From: Trueperaceae bacterium
GTDB lineage: Bacteria > Deinococcota > Deinococci > Deinococcales > Trueperaceae
Assembly: GCA_965214405.1 (NCBI GenBank)
Contig: OZ243956.1
Location: forward strand, 896,001-960,000
Direction: 5' to 3'
DNA length: 64,000 nucleotides
The notes under the pieces are model-generated. The model was not told where the DNA came from and ran no database searches. It saw only the letters and a list, made by a program, of their open reading frames with translations. Positions 21,812 to 31,455 of the stretch are shown here, piece after piece; positions within the stretch are counted from its first letter, which is position 1, and every line of letters begins with the position of its first letter. Both the position numbers and the translations under genes were made by a program.

Positions 21812-21851
21812 AAGAGAGGGTGAAGCTGGGGTGCAGCCCGCTAGTGTCGGA

Positions 21852-22982
21852 TTAAGCCGGGGCAGGGTAAGCGAGGTGCCTGAGCTGCCCAAAGTCAATG
21901 AGGGAATGTTTGGCACAGGTCTGGGCACGCAAAGAGGCCATACTGGCAGCACCTTGTTTGGACCAGTGCATCCCGCTTCTTTTCATACGGTTTCCGATAA
22001 CGGCTTTGTTCATCCCTTCGATTTGCCCTGAACCGATGGGATAGCCTTTTTCTGTGAACCGAGCATAATCCATACTGTCAAGCCGGGTTTCAAGATACTT
22101 TAGAGCAGTTTGCGCTTTGTCATCCCAGGTGAGCCAGACCTCGGGTTTAGGAAGGTGGTGAGCGAGCCAGTCACGGGCGTTGAGCTGACCCCGATACCAG
22201 TCACAGCGGTGGCGCGTTCTTAGGTCTTCATCCCAAGCCAGTGCTTGCATGATGGTGTCGAGGTACTGAGTGGCGTGGTAGACGTCGGTGATTCTTACGG
22301 CGTCGAGATGACAAAAGATGTTGTCAATCCAAACGGCTCCATCACCCAAACCGAGCAGCGTATCCGCGGGGGTGACTCCGGCTTCGTTGAGTAAACCCGC
22401 CACGAGCGTGACAAAGTCTTCGGCACAGCAGCGTTCGGCCAACATCCAGCGCTGACTCGGAGCGGCTTGCGGATAAAGTACGGCTGTTTTGAGTTCCAGG
22501 CCAGGACATAGCCCCTGTTCAGGTTGCCCTAAGACGTAGACGCCGTCCATTTGCAACACCATGACGCGTCCTTGTCGGCGTGCCGCTTCAGGCTCTGAAC
22601 AAGACAACAGTCTGTCTGCCACCTCGGCTCGACACGCCTCAGCGTAGGGGCGTTGCAAGCGGTCTAATTCTGACGAGCTAATCCTCAGGCCGAAGTTGCG
22701 CGCGATGTAAGCGCCTTCTTCTAAGGGCACGCGCGCTGCTAAGTCGGTCAGGCAAGCTAAGGCTTTGGGCGTCCAGCCCGAATGGTCTAAGCGTCTATCG
22801 AGGATAGCTTGTTTGGCTCGACCCTCTCTATCAACCAGCCTTTGTACCTCGACATAGACCCGGCCCCACAAGTGCTTAACCGCGCAGCGACGTTTGCCGT
22901 TACCCCAATAGCCTTCAGGTACTTCTCTTTTGTGCTCGGGGGGAAAAGCTCCGGCTATCTGCCAGAGCTTGCATAGTCTCAC
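21852..22982 (-). CDS. transposase OrfB (DDE catalytic part)
   Basis: MDGV, GDGAVWI, TDVYHA, GYPIGSGQIEG, RMKRSGMHW motifs of UPF0236/ISKra4-like transposases. Confidence 0.88.
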   Translation of the reverse strand: MRLCKLWQIAGAFPPEHKREVPEGYWGNGKRRCAVKHLWGRVYVEVQRLVDREGRAKQAILDRRLDHSGWTPKALACLTDLAARVPLEEGAYIARNFGLRISSSELDRLQRPYAEACRAEVADRLLSCSEPEAARRQGRVMVLQMDGVYVLGQPEQGLCPGLELKTAVLYPQAAPSQRWMLAERCCAEDFVTLVAGLLNEAGVTPADTLLGLGDGAVWIDNIFCHLDAVRITDVYHATQYLDTIMQALAWDEDLRTRHRCDWYRGQLNARDWLAHHLPKPEVWLTWDDKAQTALKYLETRLDSMDYARFTEKGYPIGSGQIEGMNKAVIGNRMKRSGMHWSKQGAASMASLRAQTCAKHSLIDFGQLRHLAYPAPA

Positions 22983-23130
22983 TCATCATCGCTTGATAAT
23001 GCGCCAGCATCGCCGTCTCAACCTCGGCTACACCCGCATCTTCGGGTAGGTCTCGTTCCAAAGCTTCTAAGTACCTGCCAAACGCTTCCTTCGCCCGTTC
23101 TTTCCAATCACCTGTCTGGCTCGTTTTCAT
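22915..23130 (-). CDS. transposase OrfA (N-terminal part, probably fused to OrfB by recoding)
   Basis: ATG 5 nt after TAGAAT near the IS end; overlaps OrfB across a TTTTCCCCCC run. Confidence 0.7.
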   Translation of the reverse strand: MKTSQTGDWKERAKEAFGRYLEALERDLPEDAGVAEVETAMLAHYQAMMSETMQALADSRSFSPRAQKRST

Positions 23131-23396
23131 CCGCCATTCTACCGCTGCTACGCCCCTTTTTCTATCCGCCTATTTGGGGTTGCACCCGTGAAGCTGTGGC
23201 CCGCTGGACATTGGGGAGAGGGGGCGGTACACTGGGGCTTGCAAACCAAGCCACGGATGGAAGAGGCAGTGTAGCTAAGATTGTGTATCTAGGATGTATG
23301 GCTATGTAGCGGGTGGGCCGGGATGCGGCTCGAGCTTTTGCCTCGCCATCACGGCACGGTTTACTAGACCAGTTTGCTAGACCGAAAGGAGTTGTT

Positions 23397-24593
23397 TTGA
23401 AAAAGTTTTTTCTTACCCTATGTACCATGTTGTTCGTTTCAGGCGCGGCCTTGGCCCAGGAGGGTTTAACCGTCTGGACCCAGTTTGGCGACGCGGACTT
23501 GGAATGGCTTCAGGGCCAGGCCGACAGCTTTAGCGCCGCCTTTGGCACGCCCGTCGTCATCACCAAGGTCGACTTGGGCGAACTCAAGCAGAAGATGCTG
23601 CTCGCCGCTCCCCAGGGCGAAGCCGCTTGCTTGGTCGCGCCCGTGCCTCACGACCAGATCGGCGAGATGGCGGCGGGCGGCGTGCTGGCCGATATGTCGG
23701 AGTTCGCCACGCCGGACTATCTGAATGATCTCAACGAGCAGGCGCGGCTGGCCTTCACTTTTAACGGTAGGCTCTTCGGCTTGCCCCTCTACATCGAGGG
23801 TCCGGCGCTGGTCATCAACACCGACCTCGTGCCCGACGCGCCCGCGACTTACGAAGAGATGATCCAAAAGGCGCAGGAGCTGACCACGGGCGACGGCAGC
23901 CAGTTCGGCTTTCTTTATGACGACAAAAACTTCTACTTTTCGTACAACTGGATCAACTCGTTTGGCGGCTACGTGTTTTCTAGGGACGAGAGCGGCGACC
24001 TTAACCCCGACGACGTTGGGCTAGCCAACGAGGGCGCGGTGCAGGGCGCGCAGGAGATCAAGAAGTTTCAGTACGACTACGGCCTCATCCCGGCGGGCAC
24101 CGACTCATCCGTGGCCCAAGGGCTTTTCAACGAGGGTTCGCTCGCCATGATCTACAACGGCCCCTGGATGATCCCGGACTCGCGCGCCGCGGGCATCAAC
24201 CTGACCGTCATGCCCGTCCCGCCCACAGAAGCGGGCGTCACCTTTGACGGCTTTATGGGCGTGCAGGGCGTGCTCTTAAACCAGTTCTGCGAGGACAAAG
24301 TGACCGCGGCCAACTTCGCCAAGTGGCTCACCCGCCCCGACGCGCAAGTTGACTTGGCGCAGCGCAGCGGCCGCATCCCCTCGTCGCAAAACGCGGCGGC
24401 GCAGGTTTCAGACGACCCCGTTATCGCGGGCTTTTCCGAGGCGCTCGCCAACGCCGTCCCCATGCCCAACATCCCGCAGATGGGCGCGGTGTGGCAGCCG
24501 ATGGGCGACGCGCTCGCGCAGATTTTGGAGTCGCCCGACTCGGACGTGGCGGGCATTCTCAACACCGCCGTCAACCAAATCGAAGGCCAGTAA
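23397..24593 (+). CDS. malE: maltose/maltodextrin ABC transporter substrate-binding protein
   Basis: TTG after AAGGAG, signal peptide ending ALAQ, PHDQIG, NGPW, FMGVQG, PMPNIPQMGAVW. Confidence 0.88.
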   Translation: MKKFFLTLCTMLFVSGAALAQEGLTVWTQFGDADLEWLQGQADSFSAAFGTPVVITKVDLGELKQKMLLAAPQGEAACLVAPVPHDQIGEMAAGGVLADMSEFATPDYLNDLNEQARLAFTFNGRLFGLPLYIEGPALVINTDLVPDAPATYEEMIQKAQELTTGDGSQFGFLYDDKNFYFSYNWINSFGGYVFSRDESGDLNPDDVGLANEGAVQGAQEIKKFQYDYGLIPAGTDSSVAQGLFNEGSLAMIYNGPWMIPDSRAAGINLTVMPVPPTEAGVTFDGFMGVQGVLLNQFCEDKVTAANFAKWLTRPDAQVDLAQRSGRIPSSQNAAAQVSDDPVIAGFSEALANAVPMPNIPQMGAVWQPMGDALAQILESPDSDVAGILNTAVNQIEGQ

Positions 24594-24630
24594 ACGCGTG
24601 ACGTCGGCCCGTACCGGCTGACAAGCCTAG

Positions 24631-24661
24631 GCCAGGGGTTTTGACCACCCCTGGCTTTTTT
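24631..24661 (+). terminator. intrinsic terminator/stabilising hairpin after malE
   Basis: GCCAGGGG-loop-CCCCTGGC followed by TTTTTT. Confidence 0.85.
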
Positions 24662-24929
24662 CGTCTCTCGTGTTTGATGACTGGAATCTTAATACTGGCG
24701 CTCGAGGGCTGAAAATTTTAGACCCTACCGAGGGAGGCAGAATTCGAAAGACCCTTCCATCTCCCCTTTCTTATTTTGGACTCGATAACCTTTTCCCCTG
24801 CAAGTCCGCACTATCAGCCCTGCGTCAAGTGAACCTACGATTCTCCGCAAGGCTTATAATTCTGTTGGCTTTACCTTGAATCTAAGCTTAAACCTATCTT
24901 GTGAGAAGTCCTGAGAGGAGTTGGTCGTC

Positions 24930-26543
24930 ATGGATATGTCGCGTTCGGTGCGTGACTTTACACCCCAGCGGGCGTCGCGCTGGAGGGGCAGTTTGGTTGG
25001 GTCGCTCGTGCTCCTCGCGCTCGCGCTGCTCGTCGCCACGGGCGTCGGGATTGCGAGCTTTTTTGTGCTCGCCAGCCTTTTGCCCGGCGCGCCGCCCTAC
25101 TGGAGCGTCGTCATCGGGGTTGCCTCGCTCGTAATCGCGCTTCAGTTTATCGCCAGGCGGTTTGAATGGATCATGCCCTGGTACTATCTTTTGCCCGCTA
25201 TTTTATTCCTCACGACGTTCACGGTTTTTCCGGTGGTGCTCACGGTGGTGCTCGCCTTTACGGACTACGCGGGGATTCGCAACGGCGAACTTGACCCGAG
25301 CTCTACGACGACGATCACCCGTGTGGACGGCGCAACCTTAGAGCTCGAGAACCCCGCCACCCTCAACTGCGCCAAACTGCGCAACGGCTGCGACGGCGTG
25401 GCCGCCGACGTTTACGCGTCGGGCAGCCTCGCCGTGCCCGCCGTAAGCTTTACAGAAAACACGCTCACGCTTCAAGAGCCGCTGCCAGAGGGCCGCAGCG
25501 TAAGCGCAGCCGAAGTGACCGCGCAGGGTTTTCCCATCCAGGTGTCGGTGGTAGGGGCTGAAGGCGGCACGCTGACGCTGCAAAACGTGCCGCCGATTCT
25601 CGCCAACGCCTCGCCCGACAGCGTGGACTTGAGTAACGTGCGGCTGACCTTAAATAGAGAAGCCATCCGCCGCACCATCGTGTCGGTTGAGGGCAACACG
25701 CTCACCTTAAACGAGCCGCTGCCGGAGGGCCTCCAGTACGAGGCGATCGCCCGCTTTAATGACTTCGGCTTGATAGGCTGGCAAAACTTCCGGCGCATCT
25801 TCGCGCAAGCGAGTACGGCGCTCCTGCCCGTGTTTTTGTGGAACATCTCGTTTGCGGTCCTCACCGTCCTTATCAACACCGCCGCCGGGGTCTTCATGGC
25901 CGTGCTGCTCAACAACCCCAGCCTGCGCTTTCGCGGCCTCTACCGCACGCTGCTGATTGTGCCCTGGGCGCTGCCCAGCATTATCACGATTCAGGTCTGG
26001 AAAGGCTTTTTGAACACCAACTTCGGGGCCATCAACCGCTTTTTGGCGCTTTTGGACCTGCCTACCTTTGACTGGCTCGGCGACCCCTGGGCCGCCAAGG
26101 GCGCGATCTTGCTCGTGAACCTCTGGCTGGGGCTGCCCTTCATGATGACCGCGACGCTGGGCGCGTTGTCCGCCATTCCGGGCGACCTTTACGAGGCGGC
26201 CAAAATCGACGGGGCGAACCCCTTCCAGGCATTTCGCGGGGTGACGCTGCCGCTGCTCATGACCGCGCTCGTGCCGATCACGCTCACGGGCTTCGCCTTT
26301 AACTTTAACAACTTCAACCTTATTTACCTGCTCACAGACGGGGGACCCTCGAGCGGCGGCTCCGCGACGGCCAGGGCCACCGACATCCTCATCTCCTGGG
26401 CCTATAACGAGGCGTTTCGGGCGCAAGGCGGCTACGCCTACGGGCTGGGCTCGGCCATCTCGATACTTATTTTCTTTATCACCATCGCGGTGTCGCTCGT
26501 TAACTTTCGCGTGACGGGCGCGCTCAAGGAGGAGCAGGCATGA
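24930..26543 (+). CDS. malF: maltose-type ABC transporter permease MalF with large periplasmic insert
   Basis: YRTLLIVPWALP, LYEAAKIDGAN EAA motif, FAFNFNNFNLIYLL, TDILISW. Confidence 0.88.
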   Translation: MDMSRSVRDFTPQRASRWRGSLVGSLVLLALALLVATGVGIASFFVLASLLPGAPPYWSVVIGVASLVIALQFIARRFEWIMPWYYLLPAILFLTTFTVFPVVLTVVLAFTDYAGIRNGELDPSSTTTITRVDGATLELENPATLNCAKLRNGCDGVAADVYASGSLAVPAVSFTENTLTLQEPLPEGRSVSAAEVTAQGFPIQVSVVGAEGGTLTLQNVPPILANASPDSVDLSNVRLTLNREAIRRTIVSVEGNTLTLNEPLPEGLQYEAIARFNDFGLIGWQNFRRIFAQASTALLPVFLWNISFAVLTVLINTAAGVFMAVLLNNPSLRFRGLYRTLLIVPWALPSIITIQVWKGFLNTNFGAINRFLALLDLPTFDWLGDPWAAKGAILLVNLWLGLPFMMTATLGALSAIPGDLYEAAKIDGANPFQAFRGVTLPLLMTALVPITLTGFAFNFNNFNLIYLLTDGGPSSGGSATARATDILISWAYNEAFRAQGGYAYGLGSAISILIFFITIAVSLVNFRVTGALKEEQA

Positions 26544-27847
26544 GAGAAGCCGGTATGAGACGCGCGTTTAGACTCGGACTCTTTCTCGCCTTCTCGTTTG
26601 CCTCCTCTTTCGCGCTGGCGCAAGAGCGGCGCGGGCTGTTCTTGGTCGTTCCTTACGGCTGGCTTTGGTTCTTGCTCGGCTTCGTGGTCGTCGCGGGCAG
26701 TATCGGTTTGGCGGCCTACCTCTATGGCCGCGCCACCCGCCCCGCCAAGGCGGGCCAGTACGCCGCCGCAGCCGCCACTCACCTTTTTATCTGGGTGGTC
26801 ATCCTCGTCACGCTTTATCCGGTCATCAACCTCGTGGCGGTATCGTTCAACCGCTCGAACAACCTCAACGCGCCCCCGCCGCAAGAGGGAAACTTGCTGG
26901 TGCGCGCGGGGCTCCTGCCCGACCCCTCGGGGTTTTCGTTCGTGCAGTACACCAAGGTGATGGGCGAGACGCACCTTTTTACCTATCAGTGGCTTCTTGC
27001 GGGCGTGTTCGCGCTCGCGCTGCTGGGTCTTATCGGTGTGGCGCTGGCGAGCAGGCGAAGTGACTCGTATAGGCTCGAGCGCCTCCGCGGTTGGCTGGGC
27101 TGGCTTATCTTCGGCACCGCCGCCGTGCTGGTCGTCAGCATCGGCCCCGACCAGTTCTACCGCATCAACGAGGCGGGGCAGCGGGTCGCGTCCTCGAGCG
27201 ACCGCAAGGTGATTCTGTTTATCCGCAACACCCTGCTCGTCTCGGGGCTTACCGGGCTGTTCGCGGTGGCGATAAGTACCACCGCGGGCTACGCCTTCGC
27301 GCGCTTGCGCTTTAACGGGCGCTACGGGACGCTGCTCTTTTTTATCTTCGTGCAGATGTTTCCGGGTTTTATGGCGCTCGTGGCGATTTTTTACCTCATG
27401 AACTTTTTGGGTTTGCTCAACACCTTTACGGGTCTCATTCTGGCCTATTCGGGCGGGGCCATCTCATTTGCCGCCTGGATTTTCAAGGGCTATCTGGAGT
27501 CTATTAGCCCAAGTTTGGAAGAGGCCGCGATGGTCGACGGGGCCACGCGCTTGGGCGCGTTCTGGCGGGTGATTTTGCCCGTCAGCATCCCCATGCTGCT
27601 CTTCATCTTTTTATTACAGTTTATCGGCACCTACAGCGAGTTTATTCTCGCCAACATCCTCCTGACGGGCGACGACCTCTGGACGGTCGGCATCGGCTTA
27701 CAGAGTTTTACGAGAAATCAGTTTGCGACGCAGTGGGGCGCGCTCGCGGCGAGCGCGGTGCTGGGCAGTCTGCCCATCCTGGCGATTTTTTACGCGTTCC
27801 AGGGCGCGCTGACCGGGCAGTACCAGGCGGGCGGCGTGAAGGGCTAG
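26540..27847 (+). CDS. malG: maltose-type ABC transporter permease MalG
   Basis: AGYAFARLRF, VQMFPG, LEEAAMVDGAT, C-terminal GGVKG. Confidence 0.88.
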   Translation: MREAGMRRAFRLGLFLAFSFASSFALAQERRGLFLVVPYGWLWFLLGFVVVAGSIGLAAYLYGRATRPAKAGQYAAAAATHLFIWVVILVTLYPVINLVAVSFNRSNNLNAPPPQEGNLLVRAGLLPDPSGFSFVQYTKVMGETHLFTYQWLLAGVFALALLGLIGVALASRRSDSYRLERLRGWLGWLIFGTAAVLVVSIGPDQFYRINEAGQRVASSSDRKVILFIRNTLLVSGLTGLFAVAISTTAGYAFARLRFNGRYGTLLFFIFVQMFPGFMALVAIFYLMNFLGLLNTFTGLILAYSGGAISFAAWIFKGYLESISPSLEEAAMVDGATRLGAFWRVILPVSIPMLLFIFLLQFIGTYSEFILANILLTGDDLWTVGIGLQSFTRNQFATQWGALAASAVLGSLPILAIFYAFQGALTGQYQAGGVKG

Positions 27848-27886
27848 CGCCTGTTTGGCGCTCGAGTAGCGTGGTAGGCTTTGCTT

Positions 27887-28339
27887 ATGGAATGGCTCGC
27901 GTTTGGCTCGCACTACGCCATCGACGGCTACGGGGCCGCCGCCGAAAAATTGGAGGACGAGGCCCACATCCGCGCGGTGATGCGGCGCTGGGCGGACGCG
28001 CTCGAGCCCGCCACTGAGGCGTCCGCCGAAACGCTCTTTTATGGACCCAGCACGAGTCCGGGCGTTTCCGCCGGGCTCGTGCTGGCCGAGTCGCACTTCA
28101 CGCTCCACACCTTTTCGACACGCCGCTGCCTCACCGCGACGCTCTTTTCGCGGCGCGGGGGGCCGCTCGAGGGCCTCGTCACCGAGCTCCGCGAGGCCTT
28201 TCAGTTGGGCCGCTTTGAAAGCCGCTTGAGCTCTCACGGTCGGGGGGGACAGCGCGACGCCGAGGCGCTCCGGCGCGTTTTGCAGGGCGAGCGTGGGTAT
28301 GCGGATGTGCGGCTCGATGAGACGTTGTTAGCGCGTTAG
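27887..28339 (+). CDS. S-adenosylmethionine decarboxylase (SpeD)-like pyruvoyl proenzyme
   Basis: GSHYAIDGYG, GVSAGLVLAESHFTLHTF (ES cleavage motif); TAGGCT-6nt-ATG. Confidence 0.75.
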   Translation: MEWLAFGSHYAIDGYGAAAEKLEDEAHIRAVMRRWADALEPATEASAETLFYGPSTSPGVSAGLVLAESHFTLHTFSTRRCLTATLFSRRGGPLEGLVTELREAFQLGRFESRLSSHGRGGQRDAEALRRVLQGERGYADVRLDETLLAR

Positions 28340-28395
28340 AGGCCGTTCAACACGTGCTGAAGAGCTCGAGGCCAGAGGCCACGGAAGACGACTGC

Positions 28396-28773
28396 TCAAT
28401 ATTTGAACTGCGCAAAGGTTGCAACCTCCCTGACCAGGCCAGAGAGTCGTCCCGGCTCAAACTCAGAGCCAAACCTCAGCCCAAGAAGAAGGGGCGTCCC
28501 CAAGGAACCGGTGGTAAAACGCGCCAACTCGCCCCCCACCATCATGTGTCCAGAGCGGTCAACGGACTCAAGCCTCATGATGAACTCGCCTGGTGACGTG
28601 GCTTCGAGGCTAGCGACTCCCTGGCGACACGCCTCGAGCTCTCGCCACGCGGCTTCAAAAACCGTCAGGGCGGGCCTCGCAATCCAAAAGGTGGACGACC
28701 CACCAAAGCCGTGGGCCGTGACGGCTGCTTCGATATGAACGTCACCGGCGCGGGGAAGGTTAGTGGGCATCAC
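28396..28773 (-). CDS. hypothetical protein (true start unclear, frame is open further upstream)
   Basis: Protein-like 125-aa ORF filling the gap between two + strand genes. Confidence 0.5.
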   Translation of the reverse strand: MMPTNLPRAGDVHIEAAVTAHGFGGSSTFWIARPALTVFEAAWRELEACRQGVASLEATSPGEFIMRLESVDRSGHMMVGGELARFTTGSLGTPLLLGLRFGSEFEPGRLSGLVREVATFAQFKY

Positions 28774-28905
28774 CTCGAGCAGCTTGATAAGTAGAGAGGT
28801 AGGACCTTCCTCGAGGAGCAGCGTAGGCGTGGGATCATTGTAAAGTCCGCGAGATTGTCCAGAGGTTTTGTCCCCCGACGCTCCCGAAGCTGATACGCTC
28901 TAGGG

Positions 28906-29853
28906 GTGAGTATTCTCCTGATCATTCTTGGCGCGGCGCTGCTTTACGGCGGCGGCGAGCTGTTGGTCCGCAACGCGGTTTATTTGGCGCGGCGGCTCGG
29001 GCTGTCTTCGCTCGTTATCGGGCTTACCGTGGTGTCCTTTGGCACCTCCGCGCCCGAGCTGGCGGCGACGCTGCTCTCGAGCTTAGAGGGCGCGCCCGAC
29101 CTGGCCATCGGCAACGTGCTGGGCTCGAACGTCGCCAACTTAGGGCTGATTCTGGGCTTGACCGCGCTCGTATACCCCTTGCAGGCCAACCGGCACTTTT
29201 TGGGGCGGGAGGTGCCGCTCGTCGTCGCCTCGGCGCTCGTCCTTTTTCCCGTGCTCTGGGACGGGCGGGTGGCGCGCTACGAAGGGGCGATCCTGGTCGC
29301 GCTTTTGGGGGCGTACCTCACGTACCTTTTTCGCTCGAGTGACGAGGACGAAGTGGGGGAAGAGAGTCAAGAAACCCGTCTCGAGGCTGAAGACGAAGCG
29401 GCGCACGCTCCCCTGTGGCGCGTTTTGCCCCTGCTCGCGCTGGGCGTGGTGCTTCTGGTTTTCGGCGCGCAGTCTTTGGTGCGGGGCGCGGTGGAGATAG
29501 CCGCGAGTTTAGGCGTGCCCGAGCGGGTGGTCGGCCTTACCGTGGTGGCGCTGGGAACGAGCCTGCCGGAGCTGGCAAGCTCGCTGGTCGCCGCGGTAAA
29601 GCGCGAAACGGACCTCCTGCTGGGCAACGTGATCGGCTCGAACGTATTTAACGTGCTGGCGATTCTGGGCGTGACTTCGCTCGTCAGGCCGCTGCCGGTC
29701 GCGGGCGCGGTGGGCTTAGACCTCTGGGTGGTGCTGGGCTTTTCCCTCGCGCTGTGGCCGCTCATGGCGCGCGGCGCGCGCCTGAGTCGCGTCGGCGGGG
29801 CGCTGCTTTTTGGGGGCTACGGGGCGTACACGGTTTTTCTCTTTCTGAACTAA
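28906..29853 (+). CDS. calcium/sodium antiporter (YrbG/CaCA family)
   Basis: Twin alpha repeats GTSAPE...GNVLGSNVAN and GTSLPE...GNVIGSNVFN. Confidence 0.95.
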   Translation: MSILLIILGAALLYGGGELLVRNAVYLARRLGLSSLVIGLTVVSFGTSAPELAATLLSSLEGAPDLAIGNVLGSNVANLGLILGLTALVYPLQANRHFLGREVPLVVASALVLFPVLWDGRVARYEGAILVALLGAYLTYLFRSSDEDEVGEESQETRLEAEDEAAHAPLWRVLPLLALGVVLLVFGAQSLVRGAVEIAASLGVPERVVGLTVVALGTSLPELASSLVAAVKRETDLLLGNVIGSNVFNVLAILGVTSLVRPLPVAGAVGLDLWVVLGFSLALWPLMARGARLSRVGGALLFGGYGAYTVFLFLN

Positions 29854-29865
29854 TGCTTATCAAGG

Positions 29866-30252
29866 CTAACCAGCCAGCGCCACCGCCTCGACTTCGATGA
29901 GCACGTCTCTGGGCAGCCTGGCCACCTCGACGGCGCTCCTGGCGGGCGGCGCGTCGGGGAAAAACTCCGCGTAAACCTCGTTCATTTGGGCGAAGTGGTT
30001 CATGTCCTTCAGAAAGCAGGTGCATTTGACCACCTGGCCCAGGCTCGAGCCCCCCGCCCCCAAGACCGCTCGCAGGTTGGTAAGCACCTGCCGCGTCTGC
30101 GCCGCGATATCGCCCGTTTCCAAAGAGCCGTCGGGTTTGAGGGGAATCTGACCCGAGGTAAAAAGCAGCTCGCCCACCCGCACCGCCTGCGAATAGGGGC
30201 CGATGGCGGCGGGAGCGTCGTCTGTCGATACAGCTTTGCGCGTAGACGTCAT
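29866..30252 (-). CDS. ridA: RidA (YjgF/YER057c) family deaminase
   Basis: APAAIGPYSQA, SGQIP, PARSAVEVARLP, IEVEAVA; ATG at 30252 after AGGAGG. Confidence 0.93.
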   Translation of the reverse strand: MTSTRKAVSTDDAPAAIGPYSQAVRVGELLFTSGQIPLKPDGSLETGDIAAQTRQVLTNLRAVLGAGGSSLGQVVKCTCFLKDMNHFAQMNEVYAEFFPDAPPARSAVEVARLPRDVLIEVEAVALAG

Positions 30253-30272
30253 GGTGCCTCCTTGAGTGAGCT

Positions 30273-30380
30273 TACAGCAGCTTTTGTGGATACTGATATC
30301 AACGCAAATAATATCCCTGAATTGCGTCAGAGACGGTAACGGGTAGGCTGACTCCTGCTCAAACCAGATGATACCTGCTA
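30273..30380. mobile_element. MITE-like dispersed repeat, copy 1 (degenerate)
   Basis: Aligns end to end with 41170-41283; the last 33 bp differ at only 3 positions. Confidence 0.65.
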
Positions 30381-31361
30381 ACGCAAACTGAAAAGAACAA
30401 ACATCAGCACCAGATAGAGGCAGCCCAAAATCCAAAAACGGTACGGGTACATCGGGTGGCGGCGGAGCTGAGAAAGCGTGTCGAGCGGCGGGAACGCGTC
30501 TTCGACTTTGCGGATACCGCTCAGGGTGGTGCCGAGTTCGACGGAGCGGGGTTGCGCGCCCTCCGGCAGCGCGTACTTTTTGGGGCGGGGCTCGAGCGTC
30601 TCGATAAACAGCACCACCGCCGTCACGTTGTCGGGGCTCCCCCGCTCGTCGGCGGCGGCTAAGAGCCGCGTCACCGCCTCGTCGGGCGGGTGTTCGCTCA
30701 CCACCTCGGCCAGCGCCTCGTCACTAAGAAGCATGGTGAGGCCGTCGCTGCAAAGGAGAATCTTGTCACCCGCCCTCACGTCAAAGTGCGACAGGTCGAG
30801 CTTGATGTCGGGGGCCGAGCCTAACGCGTTGGTAATCACGTTGCGCCACTCGTGCTGCCGCGCCTCCTCTTCGCTTAAAATCCCCTGCCGCACCCGGTCG
30901 GCCACCCAGGAGTGGTCTTGGGTAAGCTGGCGTATCGCGCCCCCCCGCACGAGGTACGCGCGCGAGTCGCCGACGTGACCGACCAAGCCCACCTGGTCGT
31001 CTATCAAGACCGCGGTGAGCGTCGTGCCCATCCCGTGGTGCTGCACGTTTTCCGCGGCGTAGTCATAAATACCGCCGTTGGCCGCCTGCACGGCTCGAGC
31101 CATCGCGGCGGGAGGATAGCTTCTGGAGCGCCCCAGCTCCTCTCTCACCACGCTCACCGCCTTTTGGCTCGCCACTTCGCCCGTCTGGTGGCCGCCCATG
31201 CCGTCGGCGACCACCGCCAGCACGCTCCCGCTGGCGAGTTCGCCCGCGAAGAACGCGTCCTGGTTGAGCGCCCGCACGCGCCCCGCCCGGCTCGAGCCCG
31301 CGCTCCGGACGCCCGTCCTGTCCGTCACCGCAGGTTTAGCCGCCGGGTGAGAATGTCCCAT
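30378..31361 (-). CDS. PP2C-type Ser/Thr phosphatase (Stp1/PrpC family) with C-terminal TM anchor
   Basis: NQDA, VADGMGGH, HVGDSRAY, QLTQDHS, LLCSDGL, DNVTAV. Confidence 0.95.
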   Translation of the reverse strand: MGHSHPAAKPAVTDRTGVRSAGSSRAGRVRALNQDAFFAGELASGSVLAVVADGMGGHQTGEVASQKAVSVVREELGRSRSYPPAAMARAVQAANGGIYDYAAENVQHHGMGTTLTAVLIDDQVGLVGHVGDSRAYLVRGGAIRQLTQDHSWVADRVRQGILSEEEARQHEWRNVITNALGSAPDIKLDLSHFDVRAGDKILLCSDGLTMLLSDEALAEVVSEHPPDEAVTRLLAAADERGSPDNVTAVVLFIETLEPRPKKYALPEGAQPRSVELGTTLSGIRKVEDAFPPLDTLSQLRRHPMYPYRFWILGCLYLVLMFVLFSLR

Positions 31362-31455
31362 AGAGCGCCATTATAGCCCCTACGCACCCCGGCGGGCGAA
31401 CGAAAATCTACAGAAAATGAAACGATGAGACACCTCTCGGTCAATGGCCTCTCGA

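Larger units (their letters stand above)
21829..23187 (-). mobile_element. insertion sequence, ISKra4/ISLre2-type DDE (Mutator-related), 1359 bp
   Basis: TIRs GGGTGCAGCCC (21829-21839) and GGGTTGCACCC (23177-23187); 9-bp direct repeat GTGAAGCTG at 21820-21828 and 23188-23196. Confidence 0.9.
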
